64,000 nucleotides of DNA from assembly GCF_023700745.1 (NCBI RefSeq), contig NZ_JAMPYG010000004.1:1629-65628 (forward strand), given 5' to 3'. Of this stretch, positions 47,664-58,344 are shown piece after piece. Numbering within the stretch: the stretch's first letter is position 1; each line of letters begins with the position of its first letter. This stretch comes from Rhodoferax sp. (lineage in GTDB: Bacteria; Pseudomonadota; Gammaproteobacteria; Burkholderiales; Burkholderiaceae_C). Both the position numbers and the translations under genes were made by a program. The notes beneath the pieces are model-generated. The model saw only the letters and a list, made by a program, of their open reading frames with translations. It searched no databases and had not been told where the DNA came from.

Positions 47664-48998
47664 ATGAGCAAAAAAGTATTCATCAAAACCTACGGCTGCC
47701 AGATGAACGAGTACGACTCGGACAAGATGAGCGACGTGCTTGGCGCCGCCCAGGGCTACGAGCCGACCGACAACGTGGAAGAGGCCGACCTGATTTTGTT
47801 CAACACCTGTTCGGTGCGCGAAAAAGCGCAGGAAAAAGTGTTCTCGGACCTGGGGCGCGTGAAGCACCTGAAAAAGCGGGGCGCCCTGATTGGTGTCGGC
47901 GGCTGTGTGGCGAGCCAGGAAGGTGAGTCCATCATTGCCCGCGCGCCCTATGTCGATGTGGTCTTTGGTCCGCAAACCCTGCACCGGCTGCCGCACATGC
48001 TCGACGAGCGCGCCCGTCTTGACCGCTCGCAGGTCGACATCAGCTTTCCCGAGATTGAAAAATTCGACCACATGCCCGCCGCCCGCGTGGAAGGCGCCAG
48101 CGCTTTTGTGAGCATCATGGAAGGCTGCTCCAAATACTGCAGCTACTGCGTGGTGCCTTACACGCGCGGCGAAGAAGTGAGCCGCCCGTTCGAGGACGTG
48201 CTGGTGGAAGTGGCCGGGCTGGCCGACCAGGGGGTCAAGGAAATCACCCTGCTGGGGCAAAACGTCAACGCCTGGCGCGCGCCGATGGGGGCGAGCGCCG
48301 AGGTGGCCGACTTTGCCACGCTGCTCGAATACGTGTCCGACATTCCCGGCATCGAGCGCATCCGTTATGTCACCAGCCATCCCAACGAATTCACACCCTC
48401 GCTGATCGCCGCCTACGACAAGCTGCCCAAACTGGTCAGCCATTTGCACCTGCCGGTGCAGCACGGCAGCGACCGCATTTTGATGGCCATGAAGCGCGGC
48501 TACACCGCCATGGAATACAAGAGCACGGTGCGCAAGCTGCGCGCCATCCGCCCTGACATGGCGCTGAGCAGCGACTTCATTGTGGGCTTTCCGGGTGAGA
48601 CCGAGGAAGACTTTGGCAAAATGATGAAACTCATTGACGACATCGGATTCGACAACAGTTTCAGCTTCATCTTCAGCCCGCGTCCCGGCACACCAGCGGC
48701 CAATCTGGCCGACGACACGCCGCACGAGGTCAAGTTGCGCCGGCTGCAGCACCTGCAAGGCGTGATCAACGACAGCATCAAGCGCATTTCCGAGAGCCGC
48801 ATGGGCACGGTGCAGCGCATTCTTGTGGAGGGCGCCTCCAAGCGCGATGCCACCGAACTGATGGGGCGCACCGAGTGCAACCGGGTCGTGAATTTTGTCG
48901 GCCAGCCACGCCTGGTCGGGCAGATGGTGGACGTCACCATCACCGACACCCGCACCTTCACGCTGCGCGGCGAAGTGCTGACCAACGAACCGGCCTGA
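47664..48998 (+). CDS. miaB: tRNA-2-methylthio-N6-dimethylallyladenosine synthase
   Basis: [17 protein letters not shown]-terminus, radical-SAM [11 protein letters not shown], and a TRAM C-terminus. ATG at 47664. Confidence 0.95.
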   Translation: MSKKVFIKTYGCQMNEYDSDKMSDVLGAAQGYEPTDNVEEADLILFNTCSVREKAQEKVFSDLGRVKHLKKRGALIGVGGCVASQEGESIIARAPYVDVVFGPQTLHRLPHMLDERARLDRSQVDISFPEIEKFDHMPAARVEGASAFVSIMEGCSKYCSYCVVPYTRGEEVSRPFEDVLVEVAGLADQGVKEITLLGQNVNAWRAPMGASAEVADFATLLEYVSDIPGIERIRYVTSHPNEFTPSLIAAYDKLPKLVSHLHLPVQHGSDRILMAMKRGYTAMEYKSTVRKLRAIRPDMALSSDFIVGFPGETEEDFGKMMKLIDDIGFDNSFSFIFSPRPGTPAANLADDTPHEVKLRRLQHLQGVINDSIKRISESRMGTVQRILVEGASKRDATELMGRTECNRVVNFVGQPRLVGQMVDVTITDTRTFTLRGEVLTNEPA

Positions 48999-49015
48999 CG
49001 CCATTCCGTCAGGCC

Positions 49016-49045
49016 AAAAAAAAAGGCCTCCCGGGCAGGGAGGCC
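49016..49045 (-). terminator. rho-independent terminator of the TRAP operon
   Basis: On the minus strand, GGCCTCCC-loop-GGGAGGCC (49025-49045) is followed by T9 (49016-49024). Confidence 0.75.
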
Positions 49046-49067
49046 AGTACAGGCAAGAGGACTTGAA

Positions 49068-50096
49068 TTACTTCTTGCGCGCCGCAATGGAGGCTTCGGC
49101 GGTCTTGACCAGGTCTGCACCCACGGTGTTTTTCCACTTGTCGTAGACCGGGCGTGTCATCTTGACAAAGGCGTCGCGTTCAGCCGGGCTCAGGTGCGTG
49201 ACAGTCACACCCAGGGCAGCAATTTCCTTGAGCAGCGGCTGTTCGGCCTCCACCAGACCCTTGCGGGCCAGCGCAATTTCCTGCTTGCCCGCATCCAGCG
49301 CAGCCTGGCGCACGATGGCCTGGTCAGCCGGCGTCCAGGAGCCCCAGATCTCCTTGTTGACGACAAAAATCAGCGGGTCGGCCACATAACCCCACATCGT
49401 CACATGCTTCTGGCTGACGTTGTGCAGCTTGGCGGCGGTGAAGATCGACAGCGGGTTTTCCTGACCGTCCACGGCGCCGCTGGCAAACGCGGGCTGCGCA
49501 TCGGCCCAGCTCATTTGCGTCGGATTGGCACCCAAGGCGGTGAAGGTGTCGAGAAACAGCGGTGAGCCAACCACACGGATTTTCATGCCCTTGAGGTCGG
49601 CCGGTGCACGCACTGCGCGCTTGGAGTTGGAGAGTTCACGGTAGCCGTTTTCGCCCCAGGCCAGCGGCACCACACCCGCCTTGTCCAGCGTGGCAAAAAT
49701 CTGTTTGCCCACCGGCCCCTGGGTCAGTGCGTCAACGGCGGCGTAGTCGGGCATCAGGAATGGCATGGAGAACAGGTTGAGCTGCTTGACTTGCGGTGAC
49801 CAGTTGATGGTGGAGCCCACCGCCATGTCGATCACGCCCTGGCGCAGCGCTGAAAATTCGCGCGTCTGGTCGCCCTGGATCAGCGACACACCCGGGTACA
49901 GCTTGATGTTGATGCGGCCTTGCGTGCGCTCCTTCACCAGGTCGGCCCAGATCTGGCCACCCTTGCCCCAGGGGAAGGCCGGGCCAAGCACCAGCGACAT
50001 GCGGTATTCCGACTTATAGCTTTGCGCAGAACCCAGCGTGGCCACGCTCAGTGCACCAGCGGCCAGCACCCATTTGAGTAACGAACGAACTTTCAT
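49068..50096 (-). CDS. dctP: TRAP transporter substrate-binding protein (DctP family)
   Basis: Signal peptide MKVRSLLKWVLAAGALSVATLGSAQS and DctP-type fold motifs (IDMAVGS..FSMPFL..WGENGYRELSN). ATG at 50096 is preceded by AAGGAG. Confidence 0.9.
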   Translation of the reverse strand: MKVRSLLKWVLAAGALSVATLGSAQSYKSEYRMSLVLGPAFPWGKGGQIWADLVKERTQGRINIKLYPGVSLIQGDQTREFSALRQGVIDMAVGSTINWSPQVKQLNLFSMPFLMPDYAAVDALTQGPVGKQIFATLDKAGVVPLAWGENGYRELSNSKRAVRAPADLKGMKIRVVGSPLFLDTFTALGANPTQMSWADAQPAFASGAVDGQENPLSIFTAAKLHNVSQKHVTMWGYVADPLIFVVNKEIWGSWTPADQAIVRQAALDAGKQEIALARKGLVEAEQPLLKEIAALGVTVTHLSPAERDAFVKMTRPVYDKWKNTVGADLVKTAEASIAARKK

Positions 50097-50133
50097 GACA
50101 TCAATCTCCTTGTTTAAAAAAAAATGACAGAGC

Positions 50134-51432
50134 TCAATAGCCCAGGCGCGTGGGCAGCCACAGCGCAATCGAAGGGAAGATGATAACCAGCAACAGCACG
50201 CACAACAGCGCGGCCATCAGCCACAACACCCAGCGCACACTTTCCTCCATGCGTACCCCGGCAATGCGGCATGACACCATCAGGTTCACCGCAATCGGCG
50301 GTGTGAACTGGCCCAGCGCCACCATCAGCGTCAACAACACGCCGAACCAGACGGTATCCCAGTGGTAGAAGTTGACGATGGGCAGGAGCAGCGGCACAAA
50401 GATCAGGAAGATCGAAATCCCGTCCAGAAACATGCCCACCGCCACCAACATCAAAATCAGCAGCACCAGCACCCCGTATTCACCCAGACCCGAGTTCACA
50501 ATGGCTTGCGTCACCGGGTCAATGATGCCCAGGGTGGACAGCGAATAAGCAAAAATGCCCGCCAACGCCACCACCAGCAAAATGATGGCCGACAACTCGC
50601 CCGATTCGCGCAGGATGTGGAACAGGTCGCGAACCCGGATGGTGCGGTAGATCACCATGCCGACAAAGAGTCCGTAAAACACCGCGACCACGGCCGCCTC
50701 GGTCGGCGTGAACCAGCCCGCCCGCATGCCGCCCAGAATCAACACCGGTGCGGCCAGGCCCCAAGAGGCTTCACGCAGGCTGGCCCAGAACGGCGGCTTG
50801 GGCAACTGCGCCTCGTGCTGGCCCATATGGTATTTGCGCGACAGCCAGACGCTTGGCACCATCAAGGCCAAACCCACCAGCAAGCCCGGCAGCATGCCAG
50901 CGGCGAACATGGCCGGTACCGAGGCGCCCGGCACCAGCACCGAATAAACGATGAAGGCGATCGAGGGCGGAATCAGGATGTCGATCGACGACGCCGCACC
51001 CACCACGCTGGCTGAAAACGCCGGCGGGTAGCCCGAGCGGGTCATGGCGGCAATCATCACGCCCCCGACGGCCGCAGCGGTGGCGGGTCCGGAACCGGAG
51101 ATACCCCCCATCAGCATGGCTACAGCAATCACCACCACGGGCAGCATGCCGGGGCCGCGCCCAATGATGGCAATCGCAAAGTTGACCAGGCGCAGCGCCA
51201 CACCCGAGCGATCAAAAATGGAGCCGACCAGCACAAACATCGGGATCGCCAGCAAGGGGTACTTGCCCAGACCCGCATAGAAGTTCTGCGGTACCGCCAG
51301 CAGGCCATACCATTGCGCATCCGCGTTGGCGAGCCCAATGGCGGCCGCACCCGCCAAGCCCAAAGCGGCGCCAATCGGTACACCGACCAGCATCATGACC
51401 AAGAATACGACAAACAGCAGTGTGGCAATCAC
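50134..51432 (-). CDS. dctM: TRAP transporter large permease (DctM family)
   Basis: About 433 aa and highly hydrophobic. GTG at 51432 overlaps the dctQ stop (GTGA). The track start at 51519 overlaps dctQ by 90 nt. Confidence 0.9.
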   Translation of the reverse strand: MIATLLFVVFLVMMLVGVPIGAALGLAGAAAIGLANADAQWYGLLAVPQNFYAGLGKYPLLAIPMFVLVGSIFDRSGVALRLVNFAIAIIGRGPGMLPVVVIAVAMLMGGISGSGPATAAAVGGVMIAAMTRSGYPPAFSASVVGAASSIDILIPPSIAFIVYSVLVPGASVPAMFAAGMLPGLLVGLALMVPSVWLSRKYHMGQHEAQLPKPPFWASLREASWGLAAPVLILGGMRAGWFTPTEAAVVAVFYGLFVGMVIYRTIRVRDLFHILRESGELSAIILLVVALAGIFAYSLSTLGIIDPVTQAIVNSGLGEYGVLVLLILMLVAVGMFLDGISIFLIFVPLLLPIVNFYHWDTVWFGVLLTLMVALGQFTPPIAVNLMVSCRIAGVRMEESVRWVLWLMAALLCVLLLVIIFPSIALWLPTRLGY

Positions 51433-51956
51433 GTGCGTCGCCCCCTGCGAATGAACAGGCCCAGGGCCCGCAGTGCAATTGCACTGGCAAGTATGGGCAG
51501 CCACATGCTGTACCACCACTGCGGCACACCGATGCCGGGCGAGGTTTCGCCGTACTGGAAGTCGTCATACACCATGCGCATACTCAAGGCAGCCATCAAG
51601 GCGAACAGCCCAGCCACCACCAGGGCGCCAAAACGCGCCAGCGCCCGCTGCCTTGCGGGGGACCCGGCGTCGGCAAAAAATTCAATCCGGATGTGGCGGT
51701 TACGCGCCACCGAGGCCGAGCCCGCCACCAACGCCAGCACAATCATCAAAAAGACGGATAACTCTTCGGTCCAGGCAAAAGACTGGTTGGTGAAATAGCG
51801 CACCAACACATTGGCAAAGGTAATGAGTGCAAGCAAGCCCATGACGATCACGGTGAGCCAGTCCTCGATCTTGAGCGGGACCACGGTGCGCTCATCCTGC
51901 GCGGCAGGGTCTGGCACCTCGACGGGTAAATGGGAAGGTTCGTGAGGGAGATGCAT
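51429..51956 (-). CDS. dctQ: TRAP transporter small permease (DctQ family)
   Basis: Four TM helices (IEDWLTVIVMGLLALITFANVLVRY..WTEELSVFLM). Position directly upstream of dctM. Confidence 0.8.
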   Translation of the reverse strand: MHLPHEPSHLPVEVPDPAAQDERTVVPLKIEDWLTVIVMGLLALITFANVLVRYFTNQSFAWTEELSVFLMIVLALVAGSASVARNRHIRIEFFADAGSPARQRALARFGALVVAGLFALMAALSMRMVYDDFQYGETSPGIGVPQWWYSMWLPILASAIALRALGLFIRRGRRT

Positions 51957-52044
51957 GAAAATGGGAAATGGACAACACTGCCACTAAGATGAAGAGTGCG
52001 CATTGTAAAAGGCGCGCCATGGTGATCCGCCACCCTACCTGAAC

Positions 52045-52587
52045 ATGAACCCTTCACTCGCCTCCCCACCTGTTGTCGCGCTGAAATACCTGCAAGGCTA
52101 CCCTGCTGCCACGCTGGTGCAGGTAGCGCAGATGCTGCAGCACGACAAGGTGGCCGACTGGCTGCTGCAAAAATACCCGCAGGCGCACACGGTACGCACC
52201 GATCGCGCCCTGTTTGACTACGTGCAGGCGCTTAAAACCGATTATCTACGTGGTGCCGATCCGGTCAACAAGGTGCTTTTTGACAGCAAGCTGCATGTGG
52301 TGAAAAACGCCCTGGGCACCCACACCAGCGTGTCACGCGTGCAGGGCAACAAACTCAAGGCCAAGCGCGAAATCCGCATTGCCACGCTGTTCAAAAATGT
52401 GCCCGACGAATTCCTCAGAATGATCACCGTGCACGAGTTGGCGCACCTGAAGGGGAAAGCCCACGACAAGGCTTTTTACCAGCTCTGCAAGCACATGGAG
52501 CCCGGCTACCACCAGCTTGAATTCGAGGTGCGGGTGTACTTGACCCACCTGGAAACCGCAGGTGTGCGGTTGTGGGAGGCATCGTGA
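52045..52587 (+). CDS. YgjP-like (DUF45/M48-type) metal-dependent hydrolase
   Basis: HELAH zinc motif in ITVHELAHLKGKAHDKAFYQLC, near the C-terminus as in the family. Confidence 0.7.
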   Translation: MNPSLASPPVVALKYLQGYPAATLVQVAQMLQHDKVADWLLQKYPQAHTVRTDRALFDYVQALKTDYLRGADPVNKVLFDSKLHVVKNALGTHTSVSRVQGNKLKAKREIRIATLFKNVPDEFLRMITVHELAHLKGKAHDKAFYQLCKHMEPGYHQLEFEVRVYLTHLETAGVRLWEAS

Positions 52588-52589
52588 GG

Positions 52590-52639
52590 CCTTGCGGGTC
52601 AGACCACTCGCGCAGCGACGTGCTCTGACCCCAACTGAT
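52590..52639 (+). repeat. REP-like hairpin element, family A, copy 1
   Basis: CCTTGCGGGTCAGACCACTCGCGCAGCGACGTGCTCTGACCCCAACTGAT. GGGTCAGA and TCTGACCC form the base of a stem of about 15 bp. Its last base is the first base of the DUF3820 stop codon complement. Confidence 0.8.
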
Positions 52640-52845
52640 CAGCGCAGCGGCTTGAGCAAGTCAGACAAGCCGTTGTGATCGATCTCGTGCATCAGCGCGA
52701 GCAGGCGGCCCATCTCCCCTTTGGGCACCCCTTCACGGACAAACCAGCGCAGGTAGTCGCCCGGCAAATCGGCAATCAGGCGGCCCTTGTACTTGCCAAA
52801 GGGCATCGTTCGCGTTACCAGCAGAAGCAGGTCGTCGGGGTTCAT
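52639..52845 (-). CDS. DUF3820 family protein
   Basis: MPFGKYKGRLIADLPGDYLRWF core. ATG at 52845 lies 1 nt after the yciH stop; the track start at 52869 would overlap yciH by 23 nt. Confidence 0.7.
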   Translation of the reverse strand: MNPDDLLLLVTRTMPFGKYKGRLIADLPGDYLRWFVREGVPKGEMGRLLALMHEIDHNGLSDLLKPLR

Positions 52846-52846
52846 C

Positions 52847-53209
52847 TCAGCCGCCGGCCCGTTTGACATTGTGGCCCTGGGCCTTGAGCAGTTCCATGAC
52901 GCGCTCGATGTGGTCGCCCTGCACTTCGATCACGCCATCTTTCACCGTGCCGCCCGAGCCACAGGCCGTTTTGAGCTGCTTGCCCAGCGCGTTCAGGGCC
53001 GCATCGTCCAGCGCCAGCCCCTTGACCAGCGTCACACCCTTGCCGGCACGCCCCTTGGTCTGGCGCGACACCCGCACGATACCATCGCCCGCCGGGCGTT
53101 TGACGGCCAGGCGACAGCTGCACTGCGCCTGAGGTCGGCGGCATTGCGGGCACATGCGGCCGCTGTCGGTGCTGTACACCAGGCCACTGCTGAGGAGTTT
53201 GTCTTTCAT
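52847..53209 (-). CDS. yciH: translation initiation factor SUI1-like protein YciH
   Basis: GIVRVSRQTKGRAGKGVTLVKGL..LKTACGSGGTVKDGVIEVQGDH is the SUI1 domain. Confidence 0.85.
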   Translation of the reverse strand: MKDKLLSSGLVYSTDSGRMCPQCRRPQAQCSCRLAVKRPAGDGIVRVSRQTKGRAGKGVTLVKGLALDDAALNALGKQLKTACGSGGTVKDGVIEVQGDHIERVMELLKAQGHNVKRAGG

Positions 53210-53216
53210 ATTCGTT

Positions 53217-53259
53217 GGGGTCAGAGCACGTCACTGCACGGGTGGTCTGACCCGCAAAG
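53217..53259 (-). repeat. REP-like hairpin element, family A, copy 2 (inverted relative to copy 1)
   Basis: The reverse complement reads CTTTGCGGGTCAGACCACCCGTGCAGTGACGTGCTCTGACCCC. It ends 7 nt upstream of the yciH ATG. Confidence 0.75.
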
Positions 53260-53338
53260 TTCTTAGGTTCACATTGTCTCGCACAAGGCGGCCGGATCAG
53301 CCAAAATAGGCCCCCACCCCATTCAGAGGAATCAGCTC

Positions 53339-53566
53339 ATGTCACGTCCCAGCGTTTGGGCACCCAAAATCGTCGCCTTGATCAAGGGCGGCAACAGCAC
53401 CGCCGCCATTGCCCAGATCAAGGTGGCGCCCACCGTCAAAGACCTGCAGGACCTGCGCAAGCTACTGAGCGCGGCCAACCTGCTCAAGTCCCAGCCCAAT
53501 GTAGACGCGGCCACCAATGACATGATCGCCGAGTTGTCGGCGCCCCGGTTGCACCGTTCGCCCTGA
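53339..53566 (+). CDS. hypothetical small protein (75 aa)
   Basis: ATG is preceded by GAGGA at a spacing of 8 nt. Codon usage resembles its neighbours. No family recognised. Confidence 0.45.
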   Translation: MSRPSVWAPKIVALIKGGNSTAAIAQIKVAPTVKDLQDLRKLLSAANLLKSQPNVDAATNDMIAELSAPRLHRSP

Positions 53567-53568
53567 AC

Positions 53569-54651
53569 TTACGGGATCAGGTCCAGCGCCTGCATGTAGG
53601 CCGGTTGCACCATCAAATCGTCCCAGGGCGTGGCGTGGCCGACGGGCAACAGGGCCAGCCGGCGGTCTTCGCTGGCATCGCTCGGCAGCCAGAGCCCCTT
53701 GACTTGCGCTTCGGTCAGGCCGTTGATCAGGGCATCGAGCTCGGTGCCTTCGCCTGTTGACTGGTTGCACAAAAGCACCATGTCGCAACCCGCATTCAGC
53801 GCTGCCACGGCTGCCTGGGTGGGGCTGACCGGCTGGCCGTCCAGCACGCGGGCACCGGCCATCGACAGGTCGTCACTGAACACCGCGCCGTTGAAGCGAA
53901 GCTGACCGCGCAGGATGTCGCCCAGCCACTTGTCTGAAAAACCAGCCGGCCGGGCATCGACCTTGGGGTAGATCACATGCGCCGGCATGACGCTGGCAAG
54001 CGTCGTGCCAAGCCAGTCGTAAGGCCGGGCATCGTCGGCCAGAATGGCTTTCAGGCTGCGTTTGTCGACCGGGATGTCGGTGTGCGAATCGGCCTTGACA
54101 AAACCATGGCCAGGAAAATGTTTGCCGCAGTTGGCCATGCCGCTTTGCAACAAGCCGTGCATCAGGCTCTTGGCCAGCAGGCTCACCACGCGCGGGTCGC
54201 GGGCCAAGGCGCGGTCGCCGATGACGCCACTGTCGCCATGGTCGAGGTCCAGCACCGGGGTAAAGCTCAGGTCAACGCCGCAAGCACGCAACTCGGCGCC
54301 CAGCACGTAGCCACAGGCGGTGGCGGCGCGGGTGGCCCGCAGGGCACCACTGCCCTCGCCCGCTTTGCCGTCTTTCAGCCAGAGCTCGCCCAGGGCGCGC
54401 ATGGGCGGCAAATGGGTAAAGCCGTCGGTCTTGAAACGCTGCACACGACCGCCTTCGTGATCGACACAAATCAGCAAATCCTTGCGCACTTTCTTGATGC
54501 TGTGACACAAGGCCATGAGCTGGTCACGGCTCTGCCAGTTGCGGGCAAACAAAATCATGCCGCCCACCAGCGGGTGCTTGAGGCGCTGCTTGTCCTGTTT
54601 GCTGAGGGTGAGACCGGCGATGTCGATGATCAGGGGGGCGTGCAGGGTCAT
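53569..54651 (-). CDS. nagZ: beta-N-acetylhexosaminidase (peptidoglycan recycling)
   Basis: GGMILFARN, VDHEGGRVQRF and GKHFPGHG glycoside hydrolase family 3 motifs. Confidence 0.9.
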   Translation of the reverse strand: MTLHAPLIIDIAGLTLSKQDKQRLKHPLVGGMILFARNWQSRDQLMALCHSIKKVRKDLLICVDHEGGRVQRFKTDGFTHLPPMRALGELWLKDGKAGEGSGALRATRAATACGYVLGAELRACGVDLSFTPVLDLDHGDSGVIGDRALARDPRVVSLLAKSLMHGLLQSGMANCGKHFPGHGFVKADSHTDIPVDKRSLKAILADDARPYDWLGTTLASVMPAHVIYPKVDARPAGFSDKWLGDILRGQLRFNGAVFSDDLSMAGARVLDGQPVSPTQAAVAALNAGCDMVLLCNQSTGEGTELDALINGLTEAQVKGLWLPSDASEDRRLALLPVGHATPWDDLMVQPAYMQALDLIP

Positions 54652-54696
54652 GATGTGTTCCCAGGTAAATTGCGTCAGGCGCTGAATGTATCGCGA

Positions 54697-55104
54697 TTAA
54701 AGACCGTTTTTGCCAATGATTTCCACCACACAAAAGCTCGCAGCATAGTCGGTCTCGTCGGTCACGCTGATGTGGGCGCTTAAGGATTGGGCCTCGAACC
54801 AGGTTTTGAGTTCGCCGTGCAACACGATGTGTGGCTGGCCACTGGGCAGCTTGCCCACTTCACACAGGCGCCAGGTCATGGGCATGCGCATCCCTAAGCC
54901 AATGGCTTTGCTGAAGGCCTCTTTGGCACTGAACCGCGTGGCCAGGTAGCGCACCCCGCGCTCTGGCCAGCGCTGCGTGCGCTGATGCCAGGTGGCAAGT
55001 TCCGCTTCACTGAGTATTTTTTGCGCAAAGCGCTCGCCGTGGCGGTCCAGGCTGGCCTGGATGCGCCGCACGTCACAGATGTCGGTGCCAATGCCGTAAA
55101 TCAT
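54697..55104 (-). CDS. acpS: holo-[acyl-carrier-protein] synthase
   Basis: [16 protein letters not shown]-terminus and [15 protein letters not shown] overlap with pdxJ. Confidence 0.9.
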   Translation of the reverse strand: MIYGIGTDICDVRRIQASLDRHGERFAQKILSEAELATWHQRTQRWPERGVRYLATRFSAKEAFSKAIGLGMRMPMTWRLCEVGKLPSGQPHIVLHGELKTWFEAQSLSAHISVTDETDYAASFCVVEIIGKNGL

Positions 55105-55859
55105 GCGGCGTCACGAATGCAGCGCAGGTAGTCCTTGATGGTGGCGCTGTAGCCCAGCTCCAGCGCATCGGCGATCAGCGCGTGGCCAATGGACACCTCG
55201 CTGACACCCGGCACCTGGGCAATGAAGGTTGTGAGGTTGTCGCGGTTCAGGTCGTGGCCGGCGTTCACTTCCAGGCCCGCGTCCAGCGCCGCCTGGGCGG
55301 CCTGGGCAAAACGTGCCAGTTGCGCGGCCTCACCAGGCGTGCCCCAGGCGGCGGCATAAGGCTCGGTGTAGAGCTCAACCCGGTCGGCACCCACGGCTTT
55401 GGCCGCCGCCATGGCCGCCGCGTCGGCATCCATGAACAAGCTGACACGCAGGCCCCAGGCATGGGCCTGGGCGATCAGCGGCTTCAAAACGGGGGCATCG
55501 GCCGGGAAGGTCCAGCCATGGTCGCTGGTGAACTGGCCTTGCGCGTCGGGCACAAACGTGACCTGGTGCACCGGCAGCTGCTGCGCCACCAGCGACCCCA
55601 CCACGTCCATCAGGTTGTGCAGGGGGTTGCCTTCGATGTTGTATTCACGGTCCGGCCAGTCCTGGAGCAACTTTGCCAACTCTGGCACATCGCTGGCCCG
55701 GATGTGGCGCTCATCGGGGCGCGGGTGCACGGTGATGCCGTTGGCACCGGCCTGCAGGCACAGCGTGGCGGCGCGCGTGACACTCGGAATCCCCAGGTGC
55801 CGGGTATTGCGCACCAGCGCCACCTTGTTGAGGTTGACGGACAAGGAAGTAGTTTTCAT
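55101..55859 (-). CDS. pdxJ: pyridoxine 5'-phosphate synthase
   Basis: [16 protein letters not shown]-terminus, [12 protein letters not shown], and [23 protein letters not shown] at 55859 overlaps the recO stop (ATGA). Confidence 0.9.
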   Translation of the reverse strand: MKTTSLSVNLNKVALVRNTRHLGIPSVTRAATLCLQAGANGITVHPRPDERHIRASDVPELAKLLQDWPDREYNIEGNPLHNLMDVVGSLVAQQLPVHQVTFVPDAQGQFTSDHGWTFPADAPVLKPLIAQAHAWGLRVSLFMDADAAAMAAAKAVGADRVELYTEPYAAAWGTPGEAAQLARFAQAAQAALDAGLEVNAGHDLNRDNLTTFIAQVPGVSEVSIGHALIADALELGYSATIKDYLRCIRDAA

Positions 55860-56605
55860 AGGCTTTGCAGGTCGATCATCATTTGCCGGGTGCGCAGGGT
55901 GGGCACCCCGCAATGGTAATTGAGCAAGGCGCGCAATTGGGGCTTGAGCGCGCTGGCCACTTCAGCGCAGACGCGCAGCACGGTGGTCAGCGGCACGCGC
56001 TCGCCCAGGGCCTGTTGCAGCGCCGTCCACTGGGCCCCGCTGAGGCTGCTGCGGTCGGTGTCGTTGGCCTGACGCAGTCCACCTTCGGGCACCAGGCTGT
56101 AATGTTCGTCAGGGTGCAGCGCCAGCAGCGTCATGGTCTGGGCGTCAAGCACGGGCAACAGGCCAATTTCGCGCAGCAATAGCAACTCAAAGGCGCGCAA
56201 GGCCGCTTCCAGCACTTCACCATGCTCGCTGGCAATGATCTGCACGATGGTCGCGTAGACATCAAACAGCATCGGATGCGGGTCTTCGCGCGCCAGCAGC
56301 AGCATCAACAGTTCATTGAGGTAATAGCCTGACATCAGCGCATCACCGGTGGGCATGACGTGACCGCCCTGCCATTCGGCGGCTTTGAGCGTCTTGATTT
56401 CAGCGTCGCCACCATAGGCCAGATGCAGCGGTTGCAGCGGCAGCAAAATAGGCCGAAAACTGGAACTGGGCCGCTTCACACCTTTGGCCACCAACGCCAT
56501 GCGACCGTGGTGGCGGGTGAACACCTCCAGAATCAGGCTGCTTTCGCTCCAGTCGTAGCGGTGCAGCACGAAGGCGGGTTCGTCAGAAATGCGCTTGGTA
56601 GCCAC
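55856..56605 (-). CDS. recO: DNA repair protein RecO
   Basis: [34 protein letters not shown]-fold N-terminus. Conserved era-recO-pdxJ order. GTG start. Confidence 0.85.
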   Translation of the reverse strand: MATKRISDEPAFVLHRYDWSESSLILEVFTRHHGRMALVAKGVKRPSSSFRPILLPLQPLHLAYGGDAEIKTLKAAEWQGGHVMPTGDALMSGYYLNELLMLLLAREDPHPMLFDVYATIVQIIASEHGEVLEAALRAFELLLLREIGLLPVLDAQTMTLLALHPDEHYSLVPEGGLRQANDTDRSSLSGAQWTALQQALGERVPLTTVLRVCAEVASALKPQLRALLNYHCGVPTLRTRQMMIDLQSL

Positions 56606-56617
56606 CTCTCAACGTAC

Positions 56618-57643
56618 TTACTCGTACCCGAAGGAGCGCACGCGCGCTTCGTCATCGGCCCATCCCGAGCGCACCTTGACCCACATCTCGATGAAGACCT
56701 TGCAATCAAAGAGTTTTTCAAGCTCGACGCGGGTTTCCATGCCGATGCGTTTGATGCGCTCGCCCTTGTCGCCAATCACCATGGCCTTGTGGCCGTCACG
56801 CTCGACCACAATGGTGGCAGCAATGCGCAGCAGGCGCTTCTGGCCTTTTTTCTGGGGTGGCTCTTCTTCAAACTTGTCGATGATGACAGTCGAGGTGTAG
56901 GGCAGTTCGTCACCAGTCAGCCGAAACAGCTTTTCGCGCACCATCTCGGCGGCCATGAAGCGTTCACTGCGGTCGGTGAGCTCATCGGCGGCGTACCACC
57001 AGGCTTGTTCGGGCAGGTATTTTTCGCAGATACCCAGCAGGCGCTCCACATCTTTGGCGCTCTTGGCCGACATCGGCACAAACTCGGCAAAGGCGTGTTT
57101 TTCCTGCATGGTCTGCAGCCAGGGTGCAATGTCGCCACGGCGGTGCACGTTGTCGAGCTTGTTGGCAACCAGCAGTGTGGGGATTTTTTTGTCCAGCAGC
57201 GCCAGCACGCGGGCATCGGCCGGAGTGAAGCTGCCGGCTTCCACCACAAACAGGATCAGGTCCACATCGGCCACCGCGCCGACCACGGTTTTGTTGAGCG
57301 ACTTGTTCAGCGCATTGCCATGCAGGGTCTGGAAACCCGGCGTATCAACAAACACAAACTGGGTCAGACCCATGGTGTGCATGCCGGTGATGCGATGGCG
57401 CGTGGTTTGCGCCTTGCGCGAGGTGATGCTGATTTTTTGCCCCACCAGTGCATTCAGCAAGGTGGATTTGCCAACATTGGGCTTACCCACAATGGCGATC
57501 AGGCCGCAACGCTGACCCACGACCGGCGCTTCGGCGACGCCCGCTGGGCGCATGTCGTGGCGCATGCCTGCCAACAGATCCTCCAGGTTGTCCTGCACCT
57601 CAACTGCTGGGGCATCGGAAGCTGTTTTCTTGGAGGTATTCAT
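56618..57643 (-). CDS. era: GTPase Era (with N-terminal extension of about 45 aa)
   Basis: [22 protein letters not shown], and a C-terminal KH domain. Confidence 0.95.
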   Translation of the reverse strand: MNTSKKTASDAPAVEVQDNLEDLLAGMRHDMRPAGVAEAPVVGQRCGLIAIVGKPNVGKSTLLNALVGQKISITSRKAQTTRHRITGMHTMGLTQFVFVDTPGFQTLHGNALNKSLNKTVVGAVADVDLILFVVEAGSFTPADARVLALLDKKIPTLLVANKLDNVHRRGDIAPWLQTMQEKHAFAEFVPMSAKSAKDVERLLGICEKYLPEQAWWYAADELTDRSERFMAAEMVREKLFRLTGDELPYTSTVIIDKFEEEPPQKKGQKRLLRIAATIVVERDGHKAMVIGDKGERIKRIGMETRVELEKLFDCKVFIEMWVKVRSGWADDEARVRSFGYE

Positions 57644-57644
57644 A

Positions 57645-58328
57645 TCAGGTCACCGTCGCTTTCAAAAATTGCAACATTGCCGTCGCAGCCGCCTGTTCTG
57701 CAGCACGACGCGAACCGCCAAGGCCACGCTCGGCACGGTTGAGTTCAGGAATTTCGCATTCCACATCAAAACTCTGCTTGTGTGCAGCACCCAGCGTCGC
57801 CACCACCCGGTAATTGGGCAGCTTCATGCGGCGTCCCTGCAGCCACTCCTGCAACTCGGTTTTGGGATCCTTGCCAATGGCCTCCATCTCGGAGTTGATT
57901 TGCACTGCCTGGTAGAGCCGCTGCACCAAAGCTTGCGCAGCGGCAAAACCGGCATCCAGGTAGACCGCACCAATCACGGCCTCCAGGGCATCAGCCAAAA
58001 TGGAAGGTCGTTTTTGGCCGCCAGAGCGCAGTTCACCCTCACCCAGCAAAATCACATCGGGCAAGCCCAGCGACACCGCCAGTTGATGCAGCGTGTCTTG
58101 TTTGACCAGATTGGCCCGCACCCTGGACAAATCGCCTTCGGGCAATTTTTGCAAACGCCGGAACAACATGTCCGCAACCACCACGCCGAGCACCGAGTCG
58201 CCTAAGAACTCCAGGCGTTCGTTGTGATCCGATGAAAAACTGCGATGCGTGAGCGCCTGCTTCAATAAATCGGCATCAGCAAACTGAAGCTGCAAACGCT
58301 GTTGCAGCGCGGCCAGACCGGCATTCAA
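57645..58328 (-). CDS. rnc: ribonuclease III
   Basis: [19 protein letters not shown] signature and a dsRBD C-terminus. TTG start at 58328 is preceded by AGGTGA. Confidence 0.93.
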   Translation of the reverse strand: MNAGLAALQQRLQLQFADADLLKQALTHRSFSSDHNERLEFLGDSVLGVVVADMLFRRLQKLPEGDLSRVRANLVKQDTLHQLAVSLGLPDVILLGEGELRSGGQKRPSILADALEAVIGAVYLDAGFAAAQALVQRLYQAVQINSEMEAIGKDPKTELQEWLQGRRMKLPNYRVVATLGAAHKQSFDVECEIPELNRAERGLGGSRRAAEQAAATAMLQFLKATVT

Positions 58329-58344
58329 ACCATCACCTGTTGTT

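Noticed and set aside
49068-51956. The unusual dctQ-dctM-dctP order of the TRAP transporter as a novelty.
   Set aside because: All three components are intact and tightly linked, with a GTGA overlap and a 37-nt gap containing an SD. A clean terminator follows. Placing the binding-protein gene last is a known variation, so this is ordinary.
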